From the NCBI GenBank assembly GCA_000146465.1, contig CP001952.1: a DNA stretch of 64,000 nucleotides; one strand, given 5' to 3'. This document shows positions 1 to 9,233 of the stretch, one piece after another (the first letter of the stretch is position 1; every line of letters starts with the position of its first letter). The notes beneath the pieces are model-generated. The model was not told the DNA's origin, made no database searches, and worked only from the letters and a program-made list of their open reading frames with translations. The position numbers were made by a program, and so were the translations under genes.

Positions 1-707
1 CTTTCCCCTATCATTCCCTTTCCAATTGATTCATGTCTATCTTTCTTCGATCCTAATGCCTCTTTACTATCGTTGATATGCATGGCTTTCAAAAAACTTA
101 GTCCAACTATCCTATCAAACCGTTCCATTACCTCCGTGAACTTCTCTTCTGTTGAAATATCAAATCCAGCTCCAAATAAGTGGCAGGTGTCTAAGCATAT
201 GCCTATTCTCTGTTTATCTTCAATGCCTCCTATGATATCCCTGAGCTCTTCAAAGGAACTTCCAAGAACATTTCCTTGCCCTGCCATGTTCTCTATCAAC
301 ACAGTGACACCCTGAACCCTCGAGAGTGCTGTGTTTATGTGGCTACTAACCCCTCTTAGGCACTCTCTTCTGTTTTTTCCCTTGTCACTCCCTGGATGCA
401 TGTTGTACATCTTAATCCCTAAAGACCTACATCTTTCCATATCGTCAACAAGACATTCCATGCTCTTGTCTATCAGACTGGGATTTCCAAAGTTTATAAG
501 ATAGGAACCATGAGGAACTATCAATTCTGGATGTAAAACATGTGCCTGGAACATCTCTGCAGCACCATCCTTCATGGGTGGTGCAAGATACCTCCTCTGG
601 CTCTTCAGAAATATGGCACATGTGTCCAACCCGAGCAATTCCATTTGTGCCTGGATTGTATGAATCCCCTTGCTTATCGATAGATGTGCACCAATTATCT
701 TTGCCAT
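1..707 (-). CDS. APN1: AP endonuclease, Endonuclease IV/Apn1 family. Partial: the C-terminus runs off the window start; start codon at 705-707.
   Basis: This gene is not in the supplied ORF track because it has no in-window stop. Reverse-strand translation from 707 gives MAKIIGAHLSISKG...HGSYLINFGNP...MHPGS...VLIENMAGQGNVLGSSFEEL...IGICLDTCHLFGAGFDI...MHINDSKE...GSKKDRHESIGKG. This aligns motif for motif with E. coli Nfo and yeast Apn1. The plus-strand ORFs 73-315 and 542-733 are antisense artefacts. Confidence 0.85.
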   Translation of the reverse strand, partial: MAKIIGAHLSISKGIHTIQAQMELLGLDTCAIFLKSQRRYLAPPMKDGAAEMFQAHVLHPELIVPHGSYLINFGNPSLIDKSMECLVDDMERCRSLGIKMYNMHPGSDKGKNRRECLRGVSSHINTALSRVQGVTVLIENMAGQGNVLGSSFEELRDIIGGIEDKQRIGICLDTCHLFGAGFDISTEEKFTEVMERFDRIVGLSFLKAMHINDSKEALGSKKDRHESIGKGMIGE

Positions 708-772
708 TCTGCCAAGGACTAGATCCCCACTGAAATGTTTAAAAATAAATCAAGCCATTGCCTTGACTGCAG

Positions 773-1597
773 ATGCAGGACTTTTTGAAGGACTCAAAGA
801 GAATCCTAAACGACATAGAGACACTGAACTCATATACAAATAGTATTGACTACCTAAGTTCACAGAAGAACAGTTCGGTTCTAAGTAAAGAGGAGGAGAA
901 GGGGCTTAATAACCAAATCGATGTGTTGAACGGACGGTTTCGAGTACTTTCAAGAAAGATCAAGGAAAGAATAGATAAGTTCTCCTCTGAAACAGTAGAG
1001 CTTGAGAAGCACAATCAGAAGGATAAGTTCTACCATGAAACAAGGAAGATTCATCTGCATGCCCAATCGAAGAAACTTACCGAGGCCATAAATAGATACA
1101 GAGAGTCACAGATCAAGCATCGAGAGGATGAAGTGGACAAATTCCGTCTCCAGTACATCATTGCAAAGCCAGATGCAACAGAGAAGGAAATAGAGGATTT
1201 CATCGGAGATGACGATGGGACAAAGGTGGCCTCTGCATATGCATTAGGGGCACATTCGGCACAAGGAATTCTCGAGGAGGCTGAGAATAGGAAAAAAAAC
1301 ATCAAGAAAATAGAAGAGATGGTCCAGGAGATCGTAGACTTGTTAAATCTGATCAGCCAGGAAGTCTCCAAACGCACGGAGGTGGTTGAGGCCATAAACG
1401 ATGATCTCATTGCTGGAGAGGAAAACACTGCAGCAGCAAATGCGGACCTTGAGTCTGCTTTGGAATACCAGATAAGAGCAACTAGAATCAAAAGAATATT
1501 TGTGTATGGAATCCTTATTATTGCACTTATATTCTTGATATACTTTGTTTTCAGAACTAACTTTTTCGGAGCTTTTGACAGAGTCCGTTATTACTAG
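773..1597 (+). CDS. Syntaxin-like Qa-SNARE (t-SNARE)
   Basis: 274 aa. A SNARE motif (IKKIEEMVQEIVDLLNLISQEV...ESALEYQIRATRIKRI) is followed directly by a C-terminal TM anchor (IFVYGILIIALIFLIYFVF). The N-terminal region is helical. Confidence 0.65.
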   Translation: MQDFLKDSKRILNDIETLNSYTNSIDYLSSQKNSSVLSKEEEKGLNNQIDVLNGRFRVLSRKIKERIDKFSSETVELEKHNQKDKFYHETRKIHLHAQSKKLTEAINRYRESQIKHREDEVDKFRLQYIIAKPDATEKEIEDFIGDDDGTKVASAYALGAHSAQGILEEAENRKKNIKKIEEMVQEIVDLLNLISQEVSKRTEVVEAINDDLIAGEENTAAANADLESALEYQIRATRIKRIFVYGILIIALIFLIYFVFRTNFFGAFDRVRYY

Positions 1598-1638
1598 CTT
1601 AGGAGTATCTCATCCCCTTTTCCTGCAGAATAATAGAG

Positions 1639-2721
1639 ATGTTAAATAAACTATTCCATTTATCTCCCAAGGTGCCGATGTTAGGGTTGAGCTCCAACAA
1701 GGTTGTGAAAAAGGAAAACATCATATGTATATATTTGAACCAACCGAAAGACTTTATATATGACATAGATGACATAGTGATAGAATATAACGAAGTTAAA
1801 AAAGATGTGGAAGTAGTTAACGACTCAATACCGGCGTTCATAAAGGCCAACATGAAAGGATTCTTTAGAGGAGATCTAGAAGAGTATACGCGATTTCTGG
1901 AGGAAAACTTGGAGATCTTCTTTAAAGGAGAGGTTCCCAAGACAAAAGAGCCAGAGAAAAAGGAGGAGGTGATAAGGCCGTTTGAGCTTCCGTCCGACTA
2001 CAAGTTTCCCATTGGCAGGAAAGGACCGATGAACATAAACATAGAGGTGGAAAAGAGATATGTTTCCATTGTTTCTTGCGAATGTCTTAACTTACAAGTA
2101 GGATGTAACAGATGTGGAAGAGTCCTAAGGATGCCAGGGGCTGGAGAATGCCCAGGGTGTAGATCTGTGCTTGAGATAAGGTACATTCCCTCTGTTGACT
2201 CCGAGTTTCTTGGGTCCTTAAGCTTCCATGGGTGTAGGTTTATCTGCTTCAACCCCTCCAGATACCAGCTTTCTTGCGATGGTTGCCATATGAACTACGA
2301 AACAAACGAACTAAGTATAGGTGATGCTTTTCGCATCAAATGCTATGAATGCCTTTCAAATATCTTTCTGAAGATATCTAGCATAAACCTCATACAAAGA
2401 AAGAGAGAAACACTAAAGCCAGGACAGCCCTTGCCTGAGAAAGGTACTTGCAGGCATTACAAGAAATCCTACAGATGGTTTAGGTTTCCATGCTGCAATT
2501 CTCTTTATCCCTGCGATATATGCCATGACGAAGAGAGTGGACATGTACATCAGATGGCTAACAAAATGGTTTGCGGACTCTGTTCAAAAGAACAGGGTGT
2601 AGGCAAGGAGTGTTCTTGTGGAATGAATTTAAAGAAGTCAACGTCGTTTTGGGAAGGGGGAAAAGGAACACGAAACAAGGCAACAATGAGCAGGAAAGAT
2701 AGGAAGAAATACACAAAGTAA
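1639..2721 (+). CDS. CHY zinc-finger domain protein with no RING domain
   Basis: C-terminal CRHYKKSYRWFRFPCCNSLYPCDICHDEESGHVHQ...VCGLCSKEQ matches the CHY finger of Pirh2/RCHY1 (CxHYxRxC...PCCxxxYxCxxCHDE). Additional CxxC pairs lie upstream. Confidence 0.55.
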   Translation: MLNKLFHLSPKVPMLGLSSNKVVKKENIICIYLNQPKDFIYDIDDIVIEYNEVKKDVEVVNDSIPAFIKANMKGFFRGDLEEYTRFLEENLEIFFKGEVPKTKEPEKKEEVIRPFELPSDYKFPIGRKGPMNINIEVEKRYVSIVSCECLNLQVGCNRCGRVLRMPGAGECPGCRSVLEIRYIPSVDSEFLGSLSFHGCRFICFNPSRYQLSCDGCHMNYETNELSIGDAFRIKCYECLSNIFLKISSINLIQRKRETLKPGQPLPEKGTCRHYKKSYRWFRFPCCNSLYPCDICHDEESGHVHQMANKMVCGLCSKEQGVGKECSCGMNLKKSTSFWEGGKGTRNKATMSRKDRKKYTK

Positions 2722-2744
2722 GACGGAATAATATTAATGTTCTT

Positions 2745-4619
2745 TTAAGAGAAGAAGTACTGGTTGTTTTCCTTTTGCATTCTATCCTTTGCAGACCCTG
2801 GCTTGTTGATACGGGGCCTTAGATTACTTGGATCCCTTCGGAAGGTCACATCCAAGTTCTTAAGGAAGATATTCATGCCTGTCAGAAGGTCCATTGGGGC
2901 CGAGGCCACACTTGAAACCCCGGGCTCTCCCTCAAACACAATCACCTTGTCTGCAAGATATGTCCCAACTATAAGGTCATGCTCGACAATAAATGCTATC
3001 TTGCCATTTGAATATATAAACTTCTTTATGATCTTCGATATTGCTATTCTCTGATCGGAATCGAGAAATGCCGACGGTTCATCAATAAGGTATATGTTTG
3101 CGTCTTTCCCAAGACATATGGCTATTGCAATCCTTTGGAGCTCTCCTCCACTCAAGTTCTGAACCCGCTGATCATAGGTATACTCGATTCCAAGTGGCTT
3201 TATAACCTCATTTACAAACGATTGGTCAAGAAACGACGATCTGATCTTTGACATAAAGAGCTCTCTGACAGTGCCCTTGTACTTGGGAAGTATCTTTTGG
3301 GGCTTCAAGCTATAGCTTAGCTTAGTAAACTCCTCTTCTCCGTCTGGCTTTATGAGACCGGCAATTAGGCCGACAAGAGTAGTCTTTCCCATTCCGTTTT
3401 CCCCTAGAAACACAATGATCTCGGAATCGCTGAAGCTCCCTTCCTTCACCTCCAGTTTAAATGATCCATGGGTCTTTGTCATGCCTCCATACCAGTACTG
3501 GGCCCTTTTCTCCATGTCCTTAGTAGGTCTTTCAGAAATGTCAAACTTGAGCTCAGAAGGTCTAAACCTCATGTTTTCCGTCGGGATGTAGCCATCGAGA
3601 AAGATGTTGATTGCAGACTTTATGGCATATGGCGCAGTAATCACCCCGTAAGCACCAGACTGCCCATATAGTACACATCCAAAGTCACTCATCAAATCCA
3701 GTATTGCAAGATCATGCTCGACAACAATCACATAGCTATTGTCTTCGCAAAGGTCTCTAATCTCCTTTGCAGCAGAAAGCCTCTGCTTGACATCAAGATA
3801 ACTCGAAGGCTCATCAAATATATATACATCGCTCTCTTGCATGCATGCTAATGCTAAGGAGAATCTCTGCAACTCTCCTCCACTTAGCTCTTCAACATCC
3901 CTATCGAGTATATTTCCAAGATACATTTTCTCTATGTAATAGCTCTTCTTCCCTCTTCGGTCCATCTCTTCAAGTACATCTTTGACAAGTAGCTTGTCAC
4001 TTAATGTTTCTCTGCTTTCGTCCAACGATAGGCTCTCCAGCGAACTCTTCAACTTGGCGTTAAATTTCTTCTTCAACAACTTTGGAAGCCTATCAATGTA
4101 CTGTATCTTAGATGTTATCTTCAGGTGTCCTTCAAGGATCTTGGTAAAATATCCTTGGAGCTCAGATCCCCTGAAATACCCCAGGATGTCCTCCCACCCA
4201 GGGGGATCATCATACTTCCCAAGATTAGGCTTTATTTCTCCAGAAAGAATCTTTAGTGCCGTACTCTTTCCAATTCCGTTTGTCCCTACTAGCCCAAGTA
4301 CCTTCCCAGGCCTTGGGATTGGAAGCCTGTGCAGCTTGAATCCATTCATTCCGTATCTGTGCGTTATCTCCTTATTCAGATTTGTTGGAAGATTGATGAT
4401 GGAAATGGCCTTGAAGGGGCATTTCTTCTGGCATGCAGAACACCCAATGCATAGGTTTTCCATTATTATAGACTTCTTCTCTATCTTTATGCATTCCTTT
4501 CCCGTCTTGTTCACAGGGCATGCCTTCCTGCACTCAGACGCACATTGGGATGGCTTACAAAGCTCGAAGTTAACAACAGCTAGTCTTGTAGGATTTGTCT
4601 TTTCCTCTCCTCTTCCCAT
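2745..4619 (-). CDS. RLI1: ABCE1 / RNase L inhibitor (Rli1): Fe-S ABC ATPase acting in ribosome recycling
   Basis: 624 aa. The N-terminus carries two 4Fe-4S ferredoxin cysteine clusters (CKPSQCASECRKACP; CIGCSACQKKCPF). These are followed by two ABC cassettes with Walker A motifs (GTNGIGKST; GENGMGKTT) and signature motifs (LSGGELQR twice). Confidence 0.92.
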   Translation of the reverse strand: MGRGEEKTNPTRLAVVNFELCKPSQCASECRKACPVNKTGKECIKIEKKSIIMENLCIGCSACQKKCPFKAISIINLPTNLNKEITHRYGMNGFKLHRLPIPRPGKVLGLVGTNGIGKSTALKILSGEIKPNLGKYDDPPGWEDILGYFRGSELQGYFTKILEGHLKITSKIQYIDRLPKLLKKKFNAKLKSSLESLSLDESRETLSDKLLVKDVLEEMDRRGKKSYYIEKMYLGNILDRDVEELSGGELQRFSLALACMQESDVYIFDEPSSYLDVKQRLSAAKEIRDLCEDNSYVIVVEHDLAILDLMSDFGCVLYGQSGAYGVITAPYAIKSAINIFLDGYIPTENMRFRPSELKFDISERPTKDMEKRAQYWYGGMTKTHGSFKLEVKEGSFSDSEIIVFLGENGMGKTTLVGLIAGLIKPDGEEEFTKLSYSLKPQKILPKYKGTVRELFMSKIRSSFLDQSFVNEVIKPLGIEYTYDQRVQNLSGGELQRIAIAICLGKDANIYLIDEPSAFLDSDQRIAISKIIKKFIYSNGKIAFIVEHDLIVGTYLADKVIVFEGEPGVSSVASAPMDLLTGMNIFLKNLDVTFRRDPSNLRPRINKPGSAKDRMQKENNQYFFS

Positions 4620-4684
4620 CTGATAGGGGATTCAACCATTTTGACTTCAAATCCGAAAGACCACAAAGATTTTGTCCTAAAGTA

Positions 4685-5521
4685 TTATTTATTACCAAAA
4701 AGATATACTTTATATATGCAGGTGTACTTCTTGTTTCCTCCGTTGCTTCGAACAACAATCTCAACAGAACTGATTGGTGTTTCCTCCCATTCAAAGGTCT
4801 GGAACCCACATGTGCTTGTGTCATATTCAAACCTCCCCAGAAGTAGATTTCCCTCAGGGCTATTAGAAAAAACCTCGAACTCACGAATTGCACTACTTGT
4901 ATCCTTTGTAACAGGGTGGTAGAGCCCAATCTTGCTGATAGCAGCTTCCTTCTCAAGATCGATGGAAAACTTACATCCAGCCCCTTTGAATGCTAGACAT
5001 TCTCCAATACCAACATTCTCATCAAATATAGTTGATGGTTCCTTGTGCTTTCTAAAGCCCAGAAATCCATACGAAAACAGCTGAGACATGCTTTCAATTC
5101 TTATTCTTGCCCCTTCTTCGATCTTCGCATAATTCACTTCCTTTATATGCTTCATCATTTCAATCTGGCTACTTATCCTAGAGTTTTCCTCCCTCAGTAT
5201 ATTTATTTCCTCCATCAGATTTGTCAAAATCATCGAGTCCATTGGCCTCTTTATGGCCATGTAGAAAAACAGAACATATGGAATGGCAATGGCCATGTAA
5301 ATGGGATAGTCTTTTATACCCTTCCTTTCCTGACCATATCCATTTCCCTCCATCGGCTCTACACTCTTGTTAGCCCTCGCCTTTGGAGCCGCCGCTTGAA
5401 GTATGATTGTTTCATCCATCCCCAAGTTCAATGTCGAGTCGGGGGTTCTCTTCACTTGAAGGCGGTCTCTTCTATTCATGTACCCATGGGAAGACGAAAA
5501 TTTAAAACTCTTGGAACACAA
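4685..5521 (-). CDS. SUN-domain (Sad1/UNC-84) inner nuclear membrane protein
   Basis: A TM segment (IYMAIAIPYVLFFYMAI) and coiled coil are followed by a C-terminal SUN-like domain. The domain ends in the family-typical ...FQTFEWEE...VEIVVRSNGGNKKYTCIYKVYLFG (compare ...NWGHxEYTCLYRFRVHG). Confidence 0.55.
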   Translation of the reverse strand: MCSKSFKFSSSHGYMNRRDRLQVKRTPDSTLNLGMDETIILQAAAPKARANKSVEPMEGNGYGQERKGIKDYPIYMAIAIPYVLFFYMAIKRPMDSMILTNLMEEINILREENSRISSQIEMMKHIKEVNYAKIEEGARIRIESMSQLFSYGFLGFRKHKEPSTIFDENVGIGECLAFKGAGCKFSIDLEKEAAISKIGLYHPVTKDTSSAIREFEVFSNSPEGNLLLGRFEYDTSTCGFQTFEWEETPISSVEIVVRSNGGNKKYTCIYKVYLFGNK

Positions 5522-5541
5522 TCAACTTTAATGTATTTTCC

Positions 5542-6867
5542 TCATCCGTCTATAGTTGTGCTCCCCCTACTCAGAAGGTACATGGCAAATGCAGCAGTAA
5601 TAAACAAGGTATTAACATAGAAGTATGACATCAGCTTCGACTTGACGCTTAGATTGTAAGCCTTCGAATAGTGAGTGATTGATATGTGTATAATTGATGA
5701 TACAAATAAATTGAATCCAAGAACAAACTTGTATCCAGATCCTTCGCATACGCTTTGCAGCCCGATATTTGATACTGTTTTGCATAAGGATGAAGACAAC
5801 GAGGCTAGAATATAAAACAGATATGAGTATGGCATAGAATTTGATGCTCCTAAGAGATATGTGAATGCCACTGTGGTTATCGATGTTAAAAATGCTAAGG
5901 AAACACATCTATTTTCTGGTACGAACCTTGATATCTGCAACCCGGCAAAAGAAGAAAGTATCTTTGAGCATCCTTCGATATATCCGTGAATAATGACGGG
6001 CTTGACTGGATTTGAGTGGTAAGATATCGAGTTGTCAAAATTGGAGAATATCTTAATTAATGCATAGGAGACAAGTCGCACAGGCTTTGCCACAAAAAAC
6101 AGCATTTTGTTGACCTTAATGCTGTTTTCCATTCCATTCTTCCTTTTCTCAAGGAATATTCCTGCCGAGTAAAAGGAAAGGCATATGTAAAGAATGCTTG
6201 CAGATGACGAGAGTAAGGACACAAGGACTACGTGGGACTTGTAAGTGTCCTTGATCTTTTTCCATGCATCCATAGGGTTCCACATGTAATCTATGAATTT
6301 CTCTTCTTTTTTACTTGGGGAAGTGGCAGGAAGTAGCAGTACAGTCAACAGAGCAAGAGATAGTCCAAGAAGAGAAATAGATATGTTTACAAAGTGGTTT
6401 CCCCCACACATTATGATATCCTGGCCAATCCATGATGAAATAACACCTACGGATGTTTTGATATTAATTGCCGTTGATAGAATCACTTTTTTGTCTTCTT
6501 TTTCTTCAGCAGTAGAGTTGAGAATCGACTTCATCACAACCCCAAAGGACGTTGTTGCCCCATGAAGCACATAGACAGTTTTTGTCAGAAAGGTATTTTT
6601 GAACGGCATGAACATAAATATCAGGTACACAAGTATCTCGATAAACGTGTCGACAAAGAGGCTCATTTTGTTTCCTAGAAGCTCGATTATCAGAAACGAG
6701 AAGAGAGAAACAACAATGGAGGACATAAAAAAGAGTGGGCTAAAGTTATTATGAAGCTCTCTATTATGGAATCCCTTCTGTTCTACAAGGTATGGAACCA
6801 TGAAAGAAAGAAATGGAGTAAAGGACTTCAAGCCAAAGTATTGATACAGCTTGATTGTCCATGACAT
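5542..6867 (-). CDS. Polytopic membrane transporter, SLC19 reduced-folate-carrier/thiamine-transporter-like
   Basis: 441 aa with about 12 predicted TM segments. The N-terminal block LYQYFGLKSFTPFLSFMVPYLVEQKGFHNRELHNNFSPLFF...LGNKMSLF aligns with the SLC19 block LCxYGFFxNLRPSEPFLTPYLxGPDKNLTxxEVxNEIxPVxTYSYL...LRYKPV. Confidence 0.5.
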   Translation of the reverse strand: MSWTIKLYQYFGLKSFTPFLSFMVPYLVEQKGFHNRELHNNFSPLFFMSSIVVSLFSFLIIELLGNKMSLFVDTFIEILVYLIFMFMPFKNTFLTKTVYVLHGATTSFGVVMKSILNSTAEEKEDKKVILSTAINIKTSVGVISSWIGQDIIMCGGNHFVNISISLLGLSLALLTVLLLPATSPSKKEEKFIDYMWNPMDAWKKIKDTYKSHVVLVSLLSSSASILYICLSFYSAGIFLEKRKNGMENSIKVNKMLFFVAKPVRLVSYALIKIFSNFDNSISYHSNPVKPVIIHGYIEGCSKILSSFAGLQISRFVPENRCVSLAFLTSITTVAFTYLLGASNSMPYSYLFYILASLSSSLCKTVSNIGLQSVCEGSGYKFVLGFNLFVSSIIHISITHYSKAYNLSVKSKLMSYFYVNTLFITAAFAMYLLSRGSTTIDG

Positions 6868-7020
6868 CTATCTTTGAGGGTCTCCAAAGAAATCAACTAA
6901 TAGAGACTCTTGAGAAATTTTTTGCCTGGGTTGATAAAACTATACACAACAATAAGTCCGCAGGAATTTGCCAATGCCGAGAAGTGCCCTCCATAATGGG
7001 AACAGTGAAATAGTCCCGAA

Positions 7021-7974
7021 ATGAAGAGTGGGGTGTGTGAAAACCTCGAGGATTTGGACGCAGAAAACACGGAGAGAAGATCCAAGGAAAAGCAAAGAAA
7101 AACATTCCAATGTCTTTCAAGAAGAACAGTTGCACTGAGAATATCCTACGATGGGCGAAGATATAGTGGAATGGCACCTCAGAGTGGAAAAGAGACTGTG
7201 GGAGGGCATCTTGAAAATGCCTTGAAGTTTACAGGACTAGGAGAAAAACTGGTGTATGCGGGAAGAACAGATGCAGGAGTAAGTGCAATAAGCATGGTGG
7301 TATCTGGAGTGTTTATATCGAGGATTGAAATGCCTAATAGAAGCTATGTTGTAACGGAAAGTGACTACAAAGAGTATAAGTACGACATGATATTAAACAG
7401 TCATCTTCCTTCAGATATACGTGTGATTGGATGGGCTCCTGTGCCAGATACATTTAGTGCTAGATTTACATGTATACAAAGGCAATATCGATACTATTTT
7501 CACAAAGAGGACCTTGATGCAGACAGAATGAGGGAGATGGCATCTAGAATTAAGAAAATGGAAAACTTCTACTATTTTAGCAAGCATTCAGACAAAAACG
7601 CTCGGTACGAAAGGAAGTTAGACGAGTGCAGGATAGTCGACGAGGGAGATGTATATTACCTAGATATAAGGGCCAGGGCATTTCTTCATAACATGGTCCG
7701 AAAGATTGTTTGGGCTATACAGAAAGCCGGAAAGGGAGAGACATATGATGCTGAGAGGGTAGGAACGTCGGAGCCGGATCCACTAGTCTTTTGTGGAGCT
7801 ATATATCCCCATGAGCTTTGTTTCATCAATAACCCTCGCTGCCATGAAGAATTTCGTCGACAAATGGAAAATGACCAGATCAGTTATAAGATATCGCAGG
7901 CTAGACTAGAGAGCCTTAGAAACGAACTTTGCAAAGAAACCAAGCGCAAAGAAGAAGAAGCATCACATAAATAA
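7021..7974 (+). CDS. tRNA pseudouridine synthase, TruA family (Pus3/Deg1-like)
   Basis: 317 aa. Carries the TruA catalytic motif GRTDAGVSA and an N-terminal ISYDGRRYSGMAPQ (YDGTxYxGWQ-like) block. The true start may be an internal Met. Confidence 0.6.
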   Translation: MKSGVCENLEDLDAENTERRSKEKQRKTFQCLSRRTVALRISYDGRRYSGMAPQSGKETVGGHLENALKFTGLGEKLVYAGRTDAGVSAISMVVSGVFISRIEMPNRSYVVTESDYKEYKYDMILNSHLPSDIRVIGWAPVPDTFSARFTCIQRQYRYYFHKEDLDADRMREMASRIKKMENFYYFSKHSDKNARYERKLDECRIVDEGDVYYLDIRARAFLHNMVRKIVWAIQKAGKGETYDAERVGTSEPDPLVFCGAIYPHELCFINNPRCHEEFRRQMENDQISYKISQARLESLRNELCKETKRKEEEASHK

Positions 7975-7980
7975 AAAATT

Positions 7981-8394
7981 TTATTCCCGAACTTTTTCAA
8001 TAATCTCCTTGACAACGGTTTTTCCCTTTTCTGTGAGCATGTCCTGAGGATGATCGTTTATCCACCCCATGTTCTTTAGATTCTCGAGTACAGAGATCCC
8101 TATTTCTGGATAAGCACCAACATACTTGCTGGGACGGCATCCTCTGTTTTTGGAGGAACCATATTTATTTGCAAGATACTCGGGAGTAACTGTGCCCCTT
8201 ATAGATATCTGCCTCACAATAGAGGCCATTCTCGTGAAATACCAGTCTTCATCAATAGGTGCTTGCTCCCGTCCTTCTCCCGTCTTCATGATATCATGGT
8301 CTTTTATAGGAACCACTTTGTTAGTTGATTTAAGATAAGATTTAAGTGCCTCGTTGAACTTTTCTGGCCTGACATCATAGATCTCTTCCATCAT
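7981..8394 (-). CDS. RPS19: 40S ribosomal protein eS19
   Basis: KDHDIMKTGEGREQAPIDEDWYFTRMASIVRQISIRGTVTPEYLANKYGSSKNRG...YPEIGISVLENLKNMGW matches eS19. The start is set at the internal MMEEIY Met. That Met is preceded by AAAATTTTCACCCCAG on the coding strand, which is the C-rich start motif. The ORF track's extension to 8454 is probably read-through. Confidence 0.85.
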   Translation of the reverse strand: MMEEIYDVRPEKFNEALKSYLKSTNKVVPIKDHDIMKTGEGREQAPIDEDWYFTRMASIVRQISIRGTVTPEYLANKYGSSKNRGCRPSKYVGAYPEIGISVLENLKNMGWINDHPQDMLTEKGKTVVKEIIEKVRE

Positions 8395-8464
8395 CTGGGG
8401 TGAAAATTTTGCTGTCGTCAAAACCAAAAGCCTTACAATTAGGGTGCCTACCATGAAACCCTAA

Positions 8465-8947
8465 ATGACGCCTTCATACTTCATATCGACAAAATGTTGC
8501 ATGGTTCCGCATATACCAGATGCCAAGTCTATTTCTTCCACAAACAAAAATATAAAGATATATGTAGACGATATTTTGTACAAAGATTCAGCCTATGACG
8601 GAGGATTCGACCTGCCGATAAGGGAGTTCTGCGCCATTTCCGATATAAAAACATGCCTTGGATTTAGAAACAAGCCTAGTGTTTTGGTCTCGAAGAGAGG
8701 ACACTACAAACTTAACAAAGAGAGATACGAAGGACTTCTTGAGGTTTGGAGACCGGACTACCATGCCGACTTTGAGACTGGGAAAATCATTATAGAAGGA
8801 AATGAATTGATTGAGCCCAAGGATACCAGAGACTTTGTTGAGCTTTTGAATAGCGGCCATTTGCTTTTTGGAACTGAATTCATTAATACTCTCGTGGAGC
8901 AGGGAATGATGCTAGCCCTTGAGGGGTGTAGACTCGATGTTCTCTAA
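8465..8947 (+). CDS. Hypothetical protein (160 aa)
   Basis: An intact ORF sitting tightly between eS19 and the next gene. I recognise no motifs. Confidence 0.35.
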   Translation: MTPSYFISTKCCMVPHIPDAKSISSTNKNIKIYVDDILYKDSAYDGGFDLPIREFCAISDIKTCLGFRNKPSVLVSKRGHYKLNKERYEGLLEVWRPDYHADFETGKIIIEGNELIEPKDTRDFVELLNSGHLLFGTEFINTLVEQGMMLALEGCRLDVL

Positions 8948-9117
8948 ATATTCGATTGCAAGTGCTGCGGAGATTTGTCTCCTGGGTATCTCAAGTATCT
9001 TTGGAGCATTCGAGAGATAAATGCACTAACATATCTTGTAATTCATAATTTTAATGTTCTTGACAGAATATTTGAAGGGATTGGGAACAATAAGTTAGAT
9101 GGTAAGGAAATAAAGAT

Positions 9118-9131
9118 GGGAATTAATTCCC
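9118..9131. promoter_or_regulatory. Perfect 14-bp palindrome GGGAATTAATTCCC in the 286-bp spacer upstream of the Pho88-like gene. A second TTAATTCCC half-site lies at 9176-9184.
   Basis: Read directly from the sequence. Flanked by the inverted 7-mers CCTACGCC at 9134-9141 and GGCGTAG at 9191-9197. Confidence 0.3.
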
Positions 9132-9233
9132 AGCCTACGCCGGCTCAATGATAGATAGAACTTTTAGTAGTGCTTTTAATTCCCGCTTGGGGCGTAGACA
9201 AAGGTTTAATATACTAGAAAATATTTACCCCAA

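Noticed and set aside
73-733. Plus-strand ORFs 73-315 and 542-733 from the supplied track.
   Set aside because: They lie antisense to a clearly recognisable Endonuclease IV/Apn1 gene on the minus strand (start 705-707, running off the window). They have no motifs.
1051-4623. Antisense or overlapping ORFs inside the syntaxin, CHY-finger and ABCE1 genes (1051-1491 minus, 1599-1940 minus, 1998-2252 minus, 2764-3054 plus, 3352-3671 plus, 3982-4623 plus).
   Set aside because: Each is embedded opposite a gene with strong motif support. Their compositions are the S/L/F-rich mirror typical of antisense AT-rich coding DNA.
9105-9200. Palindrome and inverted-repeat region as a tRNA or snoRNA gene.
   Set aside because: No 7-bp acceptor stem with a T-arm GTTCRA-like loop is present, and there is no convincing box C (RUGAUGA) plus box D (CUGA) pair. 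ATGATAG is present but is not a canonical box C.
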